Source: an uncultured Pseudomonadales bacterium
GTDB taxonomy: Bacteria > Patescibacteriota > Microgenomatia > UBA1400 > MFAQ01
Direction: 5' to 3'
DNA: 64,000 nucleotides
Assembly (NCBI GenBank): GCA_964439805.1
Contig: CAYTOI010000003.1
Span: forward strand, 36,844 to 100,843
Numbering within the stretch: the stretch's first letter is position 1; every line of letters starts with the position of its first letter. Under the pieces are notes generated by a model. It saw only the letters and a list, made by a program, of their open reading frames with translations, was not told where the DNA came from and made no database searches. The position numbers and the translations under genes are program-made. This document shows, one piece after another, positions 9,435 to 18,844 of this stretch.

Positions 9435-9899
9435 GTGTATACTAAAAAAGAAATGCTATCTATTGCTCACGGCCCAACTGGGGCATTTATCACAACCAAA
9501 ATCAGCAACCCCTTCATTAGCATTCCCCTAACTCTTTTGGCTCATTACCTTCAAGACCGGGTACCTCATTGGGATGTAGGACAAGGTATAACCAACGGCA
9601 GCAAAAACAAAACTCACTCTTTCCTTCAAGAACTATTTTTTGACTTTCCTCTTTCTATACTAATTACTTATCTTATTTTTCAGCACGGCAGAGAGTTTGA
9701 TTACCGGATATGGATGGGCTGGTTTGCAGGTTTACTTCCCGACTTCATTGAATTCCCTAGACTGTTTCTCAAAAAATATTTACCTGTCTTAGAATACCAC
9801 CATCGCTTTCACAAATGGTTCCACGTCTCAACACCAGATAGATTTTGGGGCACTATTCCCCAAATCGCCGTCCTCCTCGCCATCCTCTACTTCAAATAA
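9435..9899 (+). CDS. hypothetical membrane protein
   Basis: ORF with hydrophobic segments; followed immediately by repeat family C copy 2. Confidence 0.4.
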   Translation: MYTKKEMLSIAHGPTGAFITTKISNPFISIPLTLLAHYLQDRVPHWDVGQGITNGSKNKTHSFLQELFFDFPLSILITYLIFQHGREFDYRIWMGWFAGLLPDFIEFPRLFLKKYLPVLEYHHRFHKWFHVSTPDRFWGTIPQIAVLLAILYFK

Positions 9900-9954
9900 G
9901 TCCGTCATTGCGCGAGTCCGTCATTGCGAGGAGTGTAATAACGACGTGGCAATC
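9899..9954 (+). repeat. repeat family C copy 2
   Basis: gtccgtcattgcgcgagtccgtcattgcgagg...gtggcaatc; shares both termini with copies at 3557 and 52888. Confidence 0.45.
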
Positions 9955-10015
9955 TACAACCTGTTAATTTTGGACTACCACAGCTCTTTGTGCTTGGCAG
10001 TGACGACATCAATTA

Positions 10016-10047
10016 GAGTTTTGCGTTTTTGAATTTTAGAGTTTTTT
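10016..10047. repeat. degenerate repeat family A copy (intergenic)
   Basis: gagttttgcgtttttgaattttagagtttttt. Confidence 0.4.
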
Positions 10048-10606
10048 AATTCGCTCTCCCTGTATACTCCCCAGTTTCTGTATTTACCTTTATTGTGTCT
10101 CCCTCAGAAATGAACAAGGGCACCATTACAATTAAACCAGACGCAGTCTTTGCAGGCTTAAGAACGTTGCTTACCGTGTTTCCCCTAGCACCAGGTTCTG
10201 TCTCGGTAATGGTAACTATTACAGTGGCTTGTAGCTCTACTCCCAAGATCATTTCTCCCCAAAAAAGCACCCATGCCTTTTCACCTTCTACGAGATACAA
10301 ATAGTCGTCTCCCAAAATCTTCATAGGGATCTCTACCTGTTCAAAGGTATTAGGATCCATAAAATAGGCCTTATCTTCATCCTTGTACAAATACTGGAGG
10401 TGCTTCTTGTCCAAAGTGATATCTTCCACCATGTTGCCAGAAATATAGCCTTTGGTCTCAATTGAGCCTGTAAAAAGGTTCTTAGCCTTAACTTTAATTG
10501 TGGCGTGGCCTCTACCCATCTTGGTAAAGTCATACTTGGTTACACGATAAGGAGTACCTTCTTCGGTAAAAGTTACGCCTACTTTGAGCTTATTTACGTC
10601 AATCAT
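10046..10606 (-). CDS. efp: translation elongation factor P
   Basis: 186 aa with KPGKG-type motifs (FTKMGRGHATIKVKAKNLFTG) and the three-domain EF-P layout. Confidence 0.9.
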   Translation of the reverse strand: MIDVNKLKVGVTFTEEGTPYRVTKYDFTKMGRGHATIKVKAKNLFTGSIETKGYISGNMVEDITLDKKHLQYLYKDEDKAYFMDPNTFEQVEIPMKILGDDYLYLVEGEKAWVLFWGEMILGVELQATVIVTITETEPGARGNTVSNVLKPAKTASGLIVMVPLFISEGDTIKVNTETGEYTGRAN

Positions 10607-10825
10607 GTGGCTATTTTATACCAATCCCCATAATGGCGCAAAGCGATTATGGGGTTTCAGTATAAGAGGAAGCGCAAGATTTTTCATCTAAATAACGATA
10701 GTTATTGGGAAAAATCGAGCAAGCTCTTAAACCTCAACCTATCCCACGCACAACCCCCTCATGTGCCATAGTAGCTCTATCATACCGGCACCTGTAGGCA
10801 TCTAGTAGCCAAAAAGATAAGAATA

Positions 10826-10834
10826 TGTTATAAT
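10826..10834 (+). promoter_or_regulatory. extended -10 promoter element TGtTATAAT
   Basis: tgttataatatagg; the same TGnTATAATATAGG motif recurs at 12963, 21583, 25185, 53008, 57322 and 44812. Confidence 0.4.
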
Positions 10835-10891
10835 ATAGGCCTACGAACGTTCAAATTTTAGTTAGGCCTTTAGGCCAAAAAGGACAAATGT

Positions 10892-11086
10892 ATGAATACC
10901 AAAAAGTTGTGTTATGTTACGATTTTTGTAAGTGCAGCACTGAATTTACTTATGTCATTGATGGGAAGATTTTCAGAGAAATTTATGACAGTCCCGGTTT
11001 TTGAGATCAGAGGCATCCTGATCTTGATTTTCATTTTTGCGATTGTTGGGCTTTACTGGAAACCAAAAGGAGAAAATATCAAATGA
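10892..11086 (+). CDS. small membrane protein (64 aa)
   Basis: Two hydrophobic helices; ATGA overlap with the next small ORF. Confidence 0.3.
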   Translation: MNTKKLCYVTIFVSAALNLLMSLMGRFSEKFMTVPVFEIRGILILIFIFAIVGLYWKPKGENIK

Positions 11087-11262
11087 ACTTGCTAATTAGA
11101 TCAATTCAAATACTCTTCATAATCTACGCTGGGTTAATTCTCAGCCAACTTGGCTTTTTCAAAAACGCCAATTGGCCAAATGTTATTTGTGCAGCGTTCG
11201 TGTCAGGAGTATTTGCTTTCTATAGCCTTCGGGCTACAATACGAACAATCAATTCAAAATAA
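11083..11262 (+). CDS. small membrane protein (59 aa, below ORF-track cutoff)
   Basis: ATG overlaps the stop of the previous ORF (ATGA); hydrophobic; terminator follows. Confidence 0.25.
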   Translation: MNLLIRSIQILFIIYAGLILSQLGFFKNANWPNVICAAFVSGVFAFYSLRATIRTINSK

Positions 11263-11269
11263 AGTTAAG

Positions 11270-11310
11270 CATCGTCCCCTGTGGCTTAGTAGCCATAGGG
11301 GATTTTTTTG
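11270..11310. terminator. bidirectional hairpin terminator
   Basis: cccctgtggc...gccatagggg followed by TTTTTTT on + and an A-run on the other side; sits between convergent genes. Confidence 0.5.
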
Positions 11311-11323
11311 CGAAAAAACTAAA

Positions 11324-12574
11324 CTAATTCAAATCAATCTTTGTGTCGCAACTCTCACCAACTTTCTCAACATCAACAACATCCACCAGATTCTTACTTT
11401 GGTTTATAGAAACTTTATAACACAATTTAGAATCTGGATTAAAAGGAACCTTCTCTATGTATTTTGGTTCCAAATCTTTCAAATCACCTGGCAATTTATT
11501 TGTCTCAGTAAAATACAAAACTACAGCATTCTGAATCTGTAGTACATTGTTTTTATTCTGAGCATCTCTTGCTTTTTTTATTTGTTTGGCAGGATCAATT
11601 GCCACAAAAATTGCAAAAACTGGTATTACAAGAATACTGAGCAATCCAATCACAGCCATCACCACATAGCCAGTTTTACTCTTCTCAGAAACATCAACTT
11701 TTCCACCCTTAACAGACTTAATATTCTTAAACATGGTAACCAAAAACACTTGTGAATATAGCATTGCCAAATAACCACCAATACTTTGTAAAAACATTAA
11801 AAATTTATTTGTTTCCAAACCTAAAAACATCAAAACAACTTTAATAATTAAAAATACTGAACCTACAAAAACTCCAAATAACAAAAATCTTAAAAAAATT
11901 GACCAGCCAAATCCCCTAACATATTCCCTACTAGCCTGCATAGCTTTAATTCCTCTCAAGTCATCTGAAAGTAGAACAAGTATTGAAAATATAAGTGTCC
12001 CACCCAAAATAATTCCAGGAATTATAAATAACAACAAACCACCAGTGGTGACAAACATTATCAACATAGTAACCCAGAAATACCCAGCAGCAAACTTCCA
12101 GCTTCGCTTGTATGAGTCTATTGCCCCAATATCATCATTCGAAATCAAATTAATTAGAAGAGCAATACTTCCCAAATATTGAGTAATAAAGCCAAAAACA
12201 ACAATTAAAATATAAAATATTACAGTTCCAATGAAAACAAACGTGTTGTAGGGGGCGTTCTTTAAAGCCAAGTTAGACACTGTCGCAGTCAAAATCCCCG
12301 CCAAAACAGCTAATGTGCTTAACAAAAAGTAAGGCAAAACAGATATAAAAAATATGCTCTTAAATTTTCGAACAAATAGAAAATATGCTTCACAAAACAA
12401 GTCAACTATACCCAAATACTCTTCCTTTTCTTTTGGACTAATTGTTTTACCAAGTGCCTCATCCAAATCAGCCTCTGACCATTTATTTAAAACTAACTCC
12501 TTTCGAATATCCTCATCCGGAACTCCTACCAACCTTTTGGTTTTGACATATTCCTGCAGGCTGGGTGTTATCAT
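11324..12574 (-). CDS. polytopic membrane protein with C-terminal extracytoplasmic domain
   Basis: Start moved to Met59 of the track ORF (12574) because the longer ORF reads antisense through the tRNA-Leu. 6-8 TM segments. Confidence 0.45.
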   Translation of the reverse strand: MITPSLQEYVKTKRLVGVPDEDIRKELVLNKWSEADLDEALGKTISPKEKEEYLGIVDLFCEAYFLFVRKFKSIFFISVLPYFLLSTLAVLAGILTATVSNLALKNAPYNTFVFIGTVIFYILIVVFGFITQYLGSIALLINLISNDDIGAIDSYKRSWKFAAGYFWVTMLIMFVTTGGLLLFIIPGIILGGTLIFSILVLLSDDLRGIKAMQASREYVRGFGWSIFLRFLLFGVFVGSVFLIIKVVLMFLGLETNKFLMFLQSIGGYLAMLYSQVFLVTMFKNIKSVKGGKVDVSEKSKTGYVVMAVIGLLSILVIPVFAIFVAIDPAKQIKKARDAQNKNNVLQIQNAVVLYFTETNKLPGDLKDLEPKYIEKVPFNPDSKLCYKVSINQSKNLVDVVDVEKVGESCDTKIDLN

Positions 12575-12649
12575 AAATTTAGTATAACTCCCAATATATT
12601 CAGGAATCCAGTGAATTAGTGCCCAATTTAAGGTAAAATAACAACTATT

Positions 12650-12735
12650 GCCGAGATGGCGGAATGGTATACGCTCAAGTCTCAAAAACTTGTGGTCGCA
12701 AGGCCGTGAGGGTTCGATCCCCTCTCTCGGCACCA
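12650..12735 (+). tRNA. tRNA-Leu (anticodon CAA), class II with long variable arm, CCA encoded
   Basis: Acceptor GCCGAGA/TCTCGGC, anticodon loop CTCAAAA, T-arm GAGGG-TTCGATC-CCCTC, discriminator A plus CCA. Confidence 0.85.
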
Positions 12736-12742
12736 AGAAAAT

Positions 12743-12770
12743 GTTCACCCTTGTGGTGAATATTTTTTTG
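12743..12770 (+). terminator. rho-independent terminator after tRNA-Leu
   Basis: ttcacc-cttg-tggtgaa followed by TATTTTTTT. Confidence 0.55.
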
Positions 12771-12859
12771 GTCTAACAAGGGGATCGAAAGCCGCAGGAT
12801 CGACGGATCCGAGGCGGGCCTTGAAAAAATTTCAGCAGAAATTTATTAAAAGGCGATCC

Positions 12860-12957
12860 CCTCTCGATTAATGTCAAAAAAGGGATCGAACAGGCGAAAT
12901 CAAGCTCGTAACGATCTTGATGAGCCCGGGACTCGATCCCCTCTCTCGCCCTCCCCT
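12860..12957. repeat. degenerate tRNA 3'-end-like fragments
   Basis: ggcgatcccctctcgatt and ggactcgatcccctctctcgcc (20/22 match to the tRNA-Leu T-arm/acceptor 3' half), plus inverted ggggatcgaa fragments at 12772-12790 and 12886-12900. Confidence 0.45.
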
Positions 12958-13019
12958 TCTGCTGTATAATATAGGTCAATTACCCAGCACCATAAAATTT
13001 AAATTCCCAAGGAGATTCA

Positions 13020-13397
13020 ATGAAAAGAAAGATTAAACAGATTACTCTATCTGAAACACACGCTGCCGTACTCGAAGTCAGTTTTCAAATTCTAATTAAC
13101 GAAGCCATTTCAGATCTCGCCAAAAATCACCCAAATCCTCCAAAGATTGAAATCATTACAGATTTTGGCGATTCCTTACAAGGCATGACAAGCTGCAATG
13201 CAAGTGTTGATGATTTTATACATACATTGGAGAAGGATGAAACCGTTGACGACGTTGATATTATTTTTACCTCAGATGGTAACGGCAAATTCTATTACTT
13301 TTTTGTCATTAATCCTGTGCCGGAAATTACTTTCCAATTCACCTCAGACAATAGCTACATAAAAGTCTGCATCATCTATCGCCAAAACAAGGAATGA
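13020..13397 (+). CDS. hypothetical protein (125 aa)
   Basis: RBS GGAG upstream; extended -10 tgtataat at 12963-12970; terminator downstream. Confidence 0.4.
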   Translation: MKRKIKQITLSETHAAVLEVSFQILINEAISDLAKNHPNPPKIEIITDFGDSLQGMTSCNASVDDFIHTLEKDETVDDVDIIFTSDGNGKFYYFFVINPVPEITFQFTSDNSYIKVCIIYRQNKE

Positions 13398-13411
13398 AAA
13401 TCTAATATTCA

Positions 13412-13437
13412 AACCGACTCGCAAGAGTCGGTTTTTT
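13412..13437. terminator. bidirectional rho-independent terminator
   Basis: ccgactc-gcaa-gagtcgg followed by TTTTTT; lies between convergent 13020 (+) and sodA (-). Confidence 0.6.
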
Positions 13438-13442
13438 AGTTC

Positions 13443-14039
13443 CTATAGACCCAACAACTCCTCCACCTTCTCCCAGTTCACCACTTGCCACCAAGCCTTT
13501 ACATAATCTACTCTTTTATTTTTGTACTTCAAGTAATATGCATGTTCCCAAACATCAATCGTGAGTATCGGTGTTTTGTTCTCCACGAGGGGGTTATCTT
13601 GATTTGCAGTAGACATAATTTCCAAACTTCCATCAATATTTTTTACTAGCCAAGCCCAGCCACTACCAAATCTTCCCATAGCCGCTTTCTCAAAAAGTCC
13701 CATAAATTCCTCCACAGTTCCAAAATTCTCTTCCAACTTCATTTTTACCGCTTCACTCATTTTTGAGGTATTTGGCTTGGTCATTATTCCCCAGAAAAAA
13801 TCATGATTCCAAACTCCCCCTGCATTATTTTTTACAGTTACATCAGTACAGGCGAGAAGATTTTGCAAATCATCCCCCTGCAAACCAACATTCCCGTCCA
13901 ACAATTTATTCAAGTTGTCTGCATAAGTCTGATGATGCTTATCGTGGTGAATCTCCATCGTCTCCTTGTCAATCACCGGCTCCAAAAAATCATATGTGTA
14001 TTCCAAACTATTAATACTGAAAGGGTAATTTTTATTCAT
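13443..14039 (-). CDS. sodA: Fe/Mn superoxide dismutase
   Basis: HHDKHHQTY, DVWEHAYY and WNHDFFW signatures of Fe/Mn SOD. Confidence 0.9.
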   Translation of the reverse strand: MNKNYPFSINSLEYTYDFLEPVIDKETMEIHHDKHHQTYADNLNKLLDGNVGLQGDDLQNLLACTDVTVKNNAGGVWNHDFFWGIMTKPNTSKMSEAVKMKLEENFGTVEEFMGLFEKAAMGRFGSGWAWLVKNIDGSLEIMSTANQDNPLVENKTPILTIDVWEHAYYLKYKNKRVDYVKAWWQVVNWEKVEELLGL

Positions 14040-14075
14040 ACTTGGACTTAATTTGTATAAGTTAATAATAACATA

Positions 14076-15392
14076 CTAGTCTTTTCTTCCATGATCCACT
14101 CCGTAAAATTTGACTCTATCACCCTTAAATTTCAAATCAATTACTCCAAGTCCACCATTACGATGTTTAGCAATAGAAAGCTTAACATCTTCTACCAAGT
14201 TATCATCATTTCTGTACAAAAACATAACTACGTCAGCATCTTGCTCAATACTTCCAGACTCACGCAAGTCCGAAAGTTGTGGAGACTTGTCAGTTCTATT
14301 TTCAATTCCACGATTAAGCTGTGAAAGCGCCAGAACCGGAACACGAAGTTCACGAGCTAAGTTTTTTAAACCCTGAGAAATAGCACCAACTTCTTGCACG
14401 CGACTCTCATAACTTTTATCTCCCACCACTAGCTGCAAGTAGTCAACCACCAATAATTTCAGACCTACTTGCGAGTGCAGCTTACGAGCTTTGGTACGAA
14501 TTTCTAGAATCGATTGTCCAGGAGTATCGTCAATAAACAGTGGCGAGTCGGCCATCACTCCCATTGCTTCCGAAAGTTTTGCAAAGTCATCATCTTTAAG
14601 GTTTCCTGTCTTCAATTTCCATGCATCAATATTGGCCTGTCCTACAAGCATACGATCAACCATTTCCAAGTTACTCATTTCTAGTGCAAAGTACCCAACC
14701 GGCATTTTTTTCTCTACTGCCACGTACTGTGCAATATTTGTGGCAAAAGTAGTTTTACCAATACCAGGGCGAGCCGCCAAAATAATCAAGTTAGAGTCTT
14801 GCATACCAGCCAGCATATTATCAAGATCAGCAAAACCGGAAGGTACACCACGCAAACCATCAGGAGAGTTGTGCAGAGAATCTAGTCGATCAAAACTTTC
14901 AGCGAGTGCGTCTTTAATAGCCACAAATGATTTTTTGATATGTGTTTGCGAAAGTGCGTAAATACTTTGCTCTGCTTTATCCAAAATTTCTATTAAGGGC
15001 TTACCTTCATCAAATCCCATCTCTCCCATCTCTGCTCCAGCCGAAATCAAAAGCCTCTTTATATAACAATCGCGAACAATTTGTGAATACTTTATAACGT
15101 GAGAAGCCACAGGCACTTCATTAGAAAGCTCGGCCAAATAAGACTTGCCTCCTACCCTATCCAAAAGTTTTTCTTTTTTCAGCCAATCCGATACAGTCAA
15201 TACATCGATAGGATCTCTATTCTCATATAGAGTCATCATGCCCTCATAAATTTTTCCGTTATTCTCGTTATAAAACATCTCCGATCGCAGTGCCACCGAA
15301 ATATCCACAATTGCATTTTTATCAATAAGAATAGCGCCAAGAATTGATTTCTCGGCATCGTCTGCGTGTGGAGGAACTCGAAAGTTAGCCAT
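14076..15392 (-). CDS. dnaB: replicative DNA helicase DnaB
   Basis: N-terminal DnaB domain (PPHADDAEKSILGAIL), Walker A GIGKTTFATNIAQ, RecA-like C-terminal domain; 438 aa. Confidence 0.9.
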   Translation of the reverse strand: MANFRVPPHADDAEKSILGAILIDKNAIVDISVALRSEMFYNENNGKIYEGMMTLYENRDPIDVLTVSDWLKKEKLLDRVGGKSYLAELSNEVPVASHVIKYSQIVRDCYIKRLLISAGAEMGEMGFDEGKPLIEILDKAEQSIYALSQTHIKKSFVAIKDALAESFDRLDSLHNSPDGLRGVPSGFADLDNMLAGMQDSNLIILAARPGIGKTTFATNIAQYVAVEKKMPVGYFALEMSNLEMVDRMLVGQANIDAWKLKTGNLKDDDFAKLSEAMGVMADSPLFIDDTPGQSILEIRTKARKLHSQVGLKLLVVDYLQLVVGDKSYESRVQEVGAISQGLKNLARELRVPVLALSQLNRGIENRTDKSPQLSDLRESGSIEQDADVVMFLYRNDDNLVEDVKLSIAKHRNGGLGVIDLKFKGDRVKFYGVDHGRKD

Positions 15393-16050
15393 TCATGAGT
15401 AATACCTGAGTGTCGTCGGGCAAACTACTCTGGTCTAATTTAATTTTATGAACCGATTCTGCGGTTACTGGATATTTATTTTTCTCCAAAAACTTAGACA
15501 AAGGCTCCAATGTAGTTAGCTCGCCTTTGGTTTTGTCTGTTTTGTAGTGCATAGGAATTAAGTAGCTCGGAGAAATTTCTTTTACCACTTCATGAACTTG
15601 TTCTGGAGTAAGGCTAATACTTCCACCTACAGGTGTCATCATAATATCTACCGACCCCAAGCGTTCTACTTGTGAAGCACTCAAGTTGTGACCCAAGTCA
15701 CCAAGATGAACCACATTCATACCATCCATTATTATGGAAAAAATTAAGTTCTTTCCTCTTTCGTCTCCATTTGTTTTATCGTGATATGTTTTTAAAGCCG
15801 TTATCAACACTCCCGCAATTTCGTACTCCCCTTCTTTATCTATTACAAATACTTTCTCTCTATTAATAGGTCCAGTTATTACTTCTGCGGCATTGTGATC
15901 ATCATGATTGTGAGAAATGAGCAGTACATCAGCCACATCTTTTGGCAAAGTTTCTCCTACAAACTCTGATTTGTATGGATCTATATACAACACCAATCCA
16001 GATTTATTTTTAAGCTTAAAACAAGAGTGACCCAAATATGTAATTTCCAT
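15385..16050 (-). CDS. metallo-beta-lactamase-fold metal-dependent hydrolase (UPF0173-like)
   Basis: ISHNHDDHN (HxHxDH) motif and the MBL fold pattern. Confidence 0.75.
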   Translation of the reverse strand: MEITYLGHSCFKLKNKSGLVLYIDPYKSEFVGETLPKDVADVLLISHNHDDHNAAEVITGPINREKVFVIDKEGEYEIAGVLITALKTYHDKTNGDERGKNLIFSIIMDGMNVVHLGDLGHNLSASQVERLGSVDIMMTPVGGSISLTPEQVHEVVKEISPSYLIPMHYKTDKTKGELTTLEPLSKFLEKNKYPVTAESVHKIKLDQSSLPDDTQVLLMNG

Positions 16051-16135
16051 GAAACAATATTACCATGAGAATCAACTAATCGTAAAAAGAAAGTTGCAAA
16101 TCTCCCTACAAACTGCTATTCTTTGTCGAAAGACA

Positions 16136-16579
16136 ATGAGAAAAGAAGTATCTATTGCAATCATTATCGGTGTCATCCTTGGAGGCATCATTCTTTATGG
16201 AATAAACTTTGCCAACAACGGACTCAGCACCATCCCAAAACCTACCCCCACTCCTACTATCACACCTCTCCCTACATCTATACCTAGCAATCCAAACGCA
16301 GCTGCAAACTCCACTCTTAGTATTACTTCCCACATCGACGGACAAGTTCTCTTCGAAAAAGATATAGTCCTCACAGGCAAAGCAAATCCCAATGCAAGCG
16401 TTTCCATAATCTGGGAAGACAACGAAGAAATTATTTCAGCAGATGCTACCGGCAACTTTTCCCAAAAAATCACACTTGTCGCCGGCGAAAACAATATTCA
16501 GGTAGATACTACAAAGTCCGACAAGACCTTAGATTCCAAAGTTATAAAGATTTTTTATAGCTCCAAAATAATCGAATGA
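16136..16579 (+). CDS. membrane-anchored secreted protein with Pro/Thr-rich linker
   Basis: N-terminal TM segment, PTPTPTITPLPTSIPS linker, beta-rich C-terminus. Start set at an internal Met. Confidence 0.4.
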   Translation: MRKEVSIAIIIGVILGGIILYGINFANNGLSTIPKPTPTPTITPLPTSIPSNPNAAANSTLSITSHIDGQVLFEKDIVLTGKANPNASVSIIWEDNEEIISADATGNFSQKITLVAGENNIQVDTTKSDKTLDSKVIKIFYSSKIIE

Positions 16580-17223
16580 ACAAAAAAATAATCACAATTT
16601 TAGTTTTTTGCTTTTTTGTGTTTTTGACTTTTTCAAAAGCTGCAAATGCCGTTACCAGCACCCCATCCGCTACTCCTAGCATGCAACTAGAAGAAAAAAT
16701 AAAAACCCTAGTCAAAGAAAATCTCGAAACCACCGAAGGCTTAGTTCAAAAAGAAGTCGTCGCCAAGTCTCTCCTAGGCTATTCCGGAAAAGTAAAGTCA
16801 GTTGGTACCAAAAACATTACTTTAGAAATAGACAAAGACCTTCTCCAAATCGCTGTCCTCCCTACTACCACAATCACCAAAGCAGGTGCTGAAATAAAAA
16901 CATCAGCTCTAGCTCTAGGTGACAAGTTGATTGTCATTGGCTCAAAAACCAAAGATGCTGCTATAGAAGCAAAAGTCATCAATGTCATTCCAGAAGTTGA
17001 CGAAGCCACACTAGTAATCACCAAAGCCGAAGTAGCAATAATTTCCAAAATAGATCTTAAGAAAAAAACTTTTAGCCTAAACATCAAAGGCCAAGACGTT
17101 GCCTTCACTCTCTCAAAAAAATCGACCGTCAAACTAGAAAACTTCACCGATGGCGACCAAATCCTCGCAATCACAAAGAAGTACCAAGGCAAATTCTCCC
17201 TCTCCCGCGCAATCAAAATATAA
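16576..17223 (+). CDS. secreted protein with signal peptide
   Basis: Signal peptide (FSKAANA cleavage-like site); ATGA overlap with the upstream gene. Confidence 0.4.
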   Translation: MNKKIITILVFCFFVFLTFSKAANAVTSTPSATPSMQLEEKIKTLVKENLETTEGLVQKEVVAKSLLGYSGKVKSVGTKNITLEIDKDLLQIAVLPTTTITKAGAEIKTSALALGDKLIVIGSKTKDAAIEAKVINVIPEVDEATLVITKAEVAIISKIDLKKKTFSLNIKGQDVAFTLSKKSTVKLENFTDGDQILAITKKYQGKFSLSRAIKI

Positions 17224-17271
17224 AATTTTCGAAGTGCAGAAGTATAGCAAAAACTGCACGGAACATTCCCT

Positions 17272-17295
17272 GTCATTCCTGCGAGGCAGGAATCC
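17272..17295 (+). repeat. repeat family C-related hairpin (gtcattcctgcgaggcaggaatcc)
   Basis: Perfect 8-bp stem attcctgc-gag-gcaggaat; shares its GTCATT...GCGAGG core with family C. Confidence 0.4.
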
Positions 17296-17315
17296 ATTCA
17301 GACACTCCATATTTA

Positions 17316-17349
17316 GAGTTTTTGAGTTCTTGAGTTCTTGAGTTTTTTT
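17316..17349. repeat. repeat family A copy (intergenic)
   Basis: gagtttttgagttcttgagttcttgagttttttt. Confidence 0.75.
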
Positions 17350-17364
17350 CTTTATCATTAACCA

Positions 17365-18243
17365 ATGCCCGCTATTTCCAAAAACCGCTTTTTTGCGTAC
17401 TCCCTTCTATTGTTAAACTCCGCACTCTGGGGCTTTTCTGTTCCCATTATCAAGTACTCACTTCAATTCGTCTCCCCTCCCCTTTTCCTTTTTTATCGTT
17501 ATCTCCTCGCTACTTTTTTATTCTTTCCCATTTTTCTTATTTACAAAGCAAGAAACAAACACCAAAAAATAAATCATCAGCATCACATCACTCTCGCCCT
17601 TCTTGGTACTCCTCTCACTCTTCTCCCTCTTTTTTATGGTCTTATGGCCAGCTCTGCCATAGAAAGTTCTATTCTCGAGTCCTCTGCTCCCATCTTTGTT
17701 ATTCTTGGTGGACTAGTATATTTGAAAGAGAAAGTGAGACCAAAGGAATGGCTAGGAATCATTATTGCTTTAGCAGGAACTCTTTTTCTCAGTCTTTATC
17801 CCCTCCTCGGATCCACTGGTTTTAACAACCTTTCTCTCAAAGGTAATCTTTTAATCATCTTCAGCAACATTATCTGGGCAGCTTTTCTTATCATGAGCAA
17901 AAAGGACCACACCAACCCTATTTACCTTAGCTTTTATTCTTTTCTCCTCAGTATCCCTTTTTTCTTACTTATTTCCCTCAACAGTCCTACTAGCCTAAAC
18001 CTCAATCCTCAAGCTCTACCAGGAATCCTATACATGGCCATCTGCGGATCCATAATTGCCTTTTGGGCCTATATCGAGGGCCAGCGACGCATAGAAGCTT
18101 CCGAAGCTGCTATTTTTAGCTACCTGAAGCCAGCCTTTACTATCCCCCTCGCCTACATCTGGCTCAAAGAACCGTTCACACCTATAGCTGCCATCTCCAC
18201 GCTCGTCATCCTCCTTGGTGTATATCTCTCCGAGCACAGATAG
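17365..18243 (+). CDS. EamA/DMT-superfamily transporter
   Basis: 10 TM segments in two EamA-like halves; 292 aa. Confidence 0.65.
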   Translation: MPAISKNRFFAYSLLLLNSALWGFSVPIIKYSLQFVSPPLFLFYRYLLATFLFFPIFLIYKARNKHQKINHQHHITLALLGTPLTLLPLFYGLMASSAIESSILESSAPIFVILGGLVYLKEKVRPKEWLGIIIALAGTLFLSLYPLLGSTGFNNLSLKGNLLIIFSNIIWAAFLIMSKKDHTNPIYLSFYSFLLSIPFFLLISLNSPTSLNLNPQALPGILYMAICGSIIAFWAYIEGQRRIEASEAAIFSYLKPAFTIPLAYIWLKEPFTPIAAISTLVILLGVYLSEHR

Positions 18244-18281
18244 TATCCATCGTAATTGCAGCCTCAAATACCCCATAGCAT

Positions 18282-18310
18282 TTGACTTTTAGCCTCAAGT
18301 GTGCTAATAT
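18282..18310 (+). promoter_or_regulatory. sigma70-type promoter (TTGACT - 17 nt - TAATAT)
   Basis: Near-consensus -35 (18282-18287) and -10 (18305-18310) with 17-nt spacer, 60 nt upstream of the 18374 ORF. Confidence 0.45.
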
Positions 18311-18373
18311 CCTACAGATTCGACTGAATCAAACTTTGATAAATTATGGCCACAGGCCAAAGGATGGTAAAAA

Positions 18374-18844
18374 ATGAAAATTTTCAGAATGATGTTCGGT
18401 ACGGATAGCGAGCAGGCTGCTCGCGATCGCGCAAGTTTCTTCTTGACAGCCTGCGTGATATTTATTGCCGTCAGTCTTCCCGTGTACGTTAGCGGGTTGA
18501 CCCCATACAACTGGACAAAGTTAAGCATCGGAACGTTTGGCATCTTCGTTGGCATGTTCTTCTTCGGAGTCTTTACTGTCAACTATGTCAAGTTGACAGG
18601 ACCATTCATCAACAAAAAGGTATTCATTGCCTCACTGGACTATTGGTCCATGCCTGTTTTCATAGCAAGCGTATTTGCCATTTTGGTTCTCCTCGGCATA
18701 TCAACAATCAATGGCCAGCTTTGGGAAAACGGTTTAATCAACCCCTGGACAGTTACAATAATGGGATTACTAGGGATGGGCTCCATAGCCTTCATCGCTA
18801 AAGCCCTCATTTGGAACAATAAGGCGAACAACCATGAGCTTTAA
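18374..18844 (+). CDS. hypothetical membrane protein
   Basis: 4 TM segments. Confidence 0.4.
   Translation: MKIFRMMFGTDSEQAARDRASFFLTACVIFIAVSLPVYVSGLTPYNWTKLSIGTFGIFVGMFFFGVFTVNYVKLTGPFINKKVFIASLDYWSMPVFIASVFAILVLLGISTINGQLWENGLINPWTVTIMGLLGMGSIAFIAKALIWNNKANNHEL

Noticed and set aside
11150-11542. 130-aa + strand ORF overlapping the 3' end of the 11324..12574 membrane-protein gene and the bidirectional terminator
   Set aside because: Spans a terminator hairpin and is antisense to a better-supported gene. No RBS.
12575-12748. N-terminal 58 codons of track ORF 11324..12748
   Set aside because: These codons are the reverse complement of tRNA-Leu (VPREGIEPSRP is the antisense translation of the T-arm/acceptor). 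Start moved to Met59.
12773-12979. 68-aa - strand ORF across the tRNA-fragment repeats
   Set aside because: Composed of tRNA-like repeat fragments (REGIESR… motifs). No start context. Treated as a non-coding repeat region.
14491-14961. 156-aa + strand ORF (also 14091..14324 and 14110..14376) inside dnaB
   Set aside because: Lies antisense within a confidently identified DnaB gene. Ser/Ala/Ile-rich translation is typical of a shadow ORF of an AT-rich gene.
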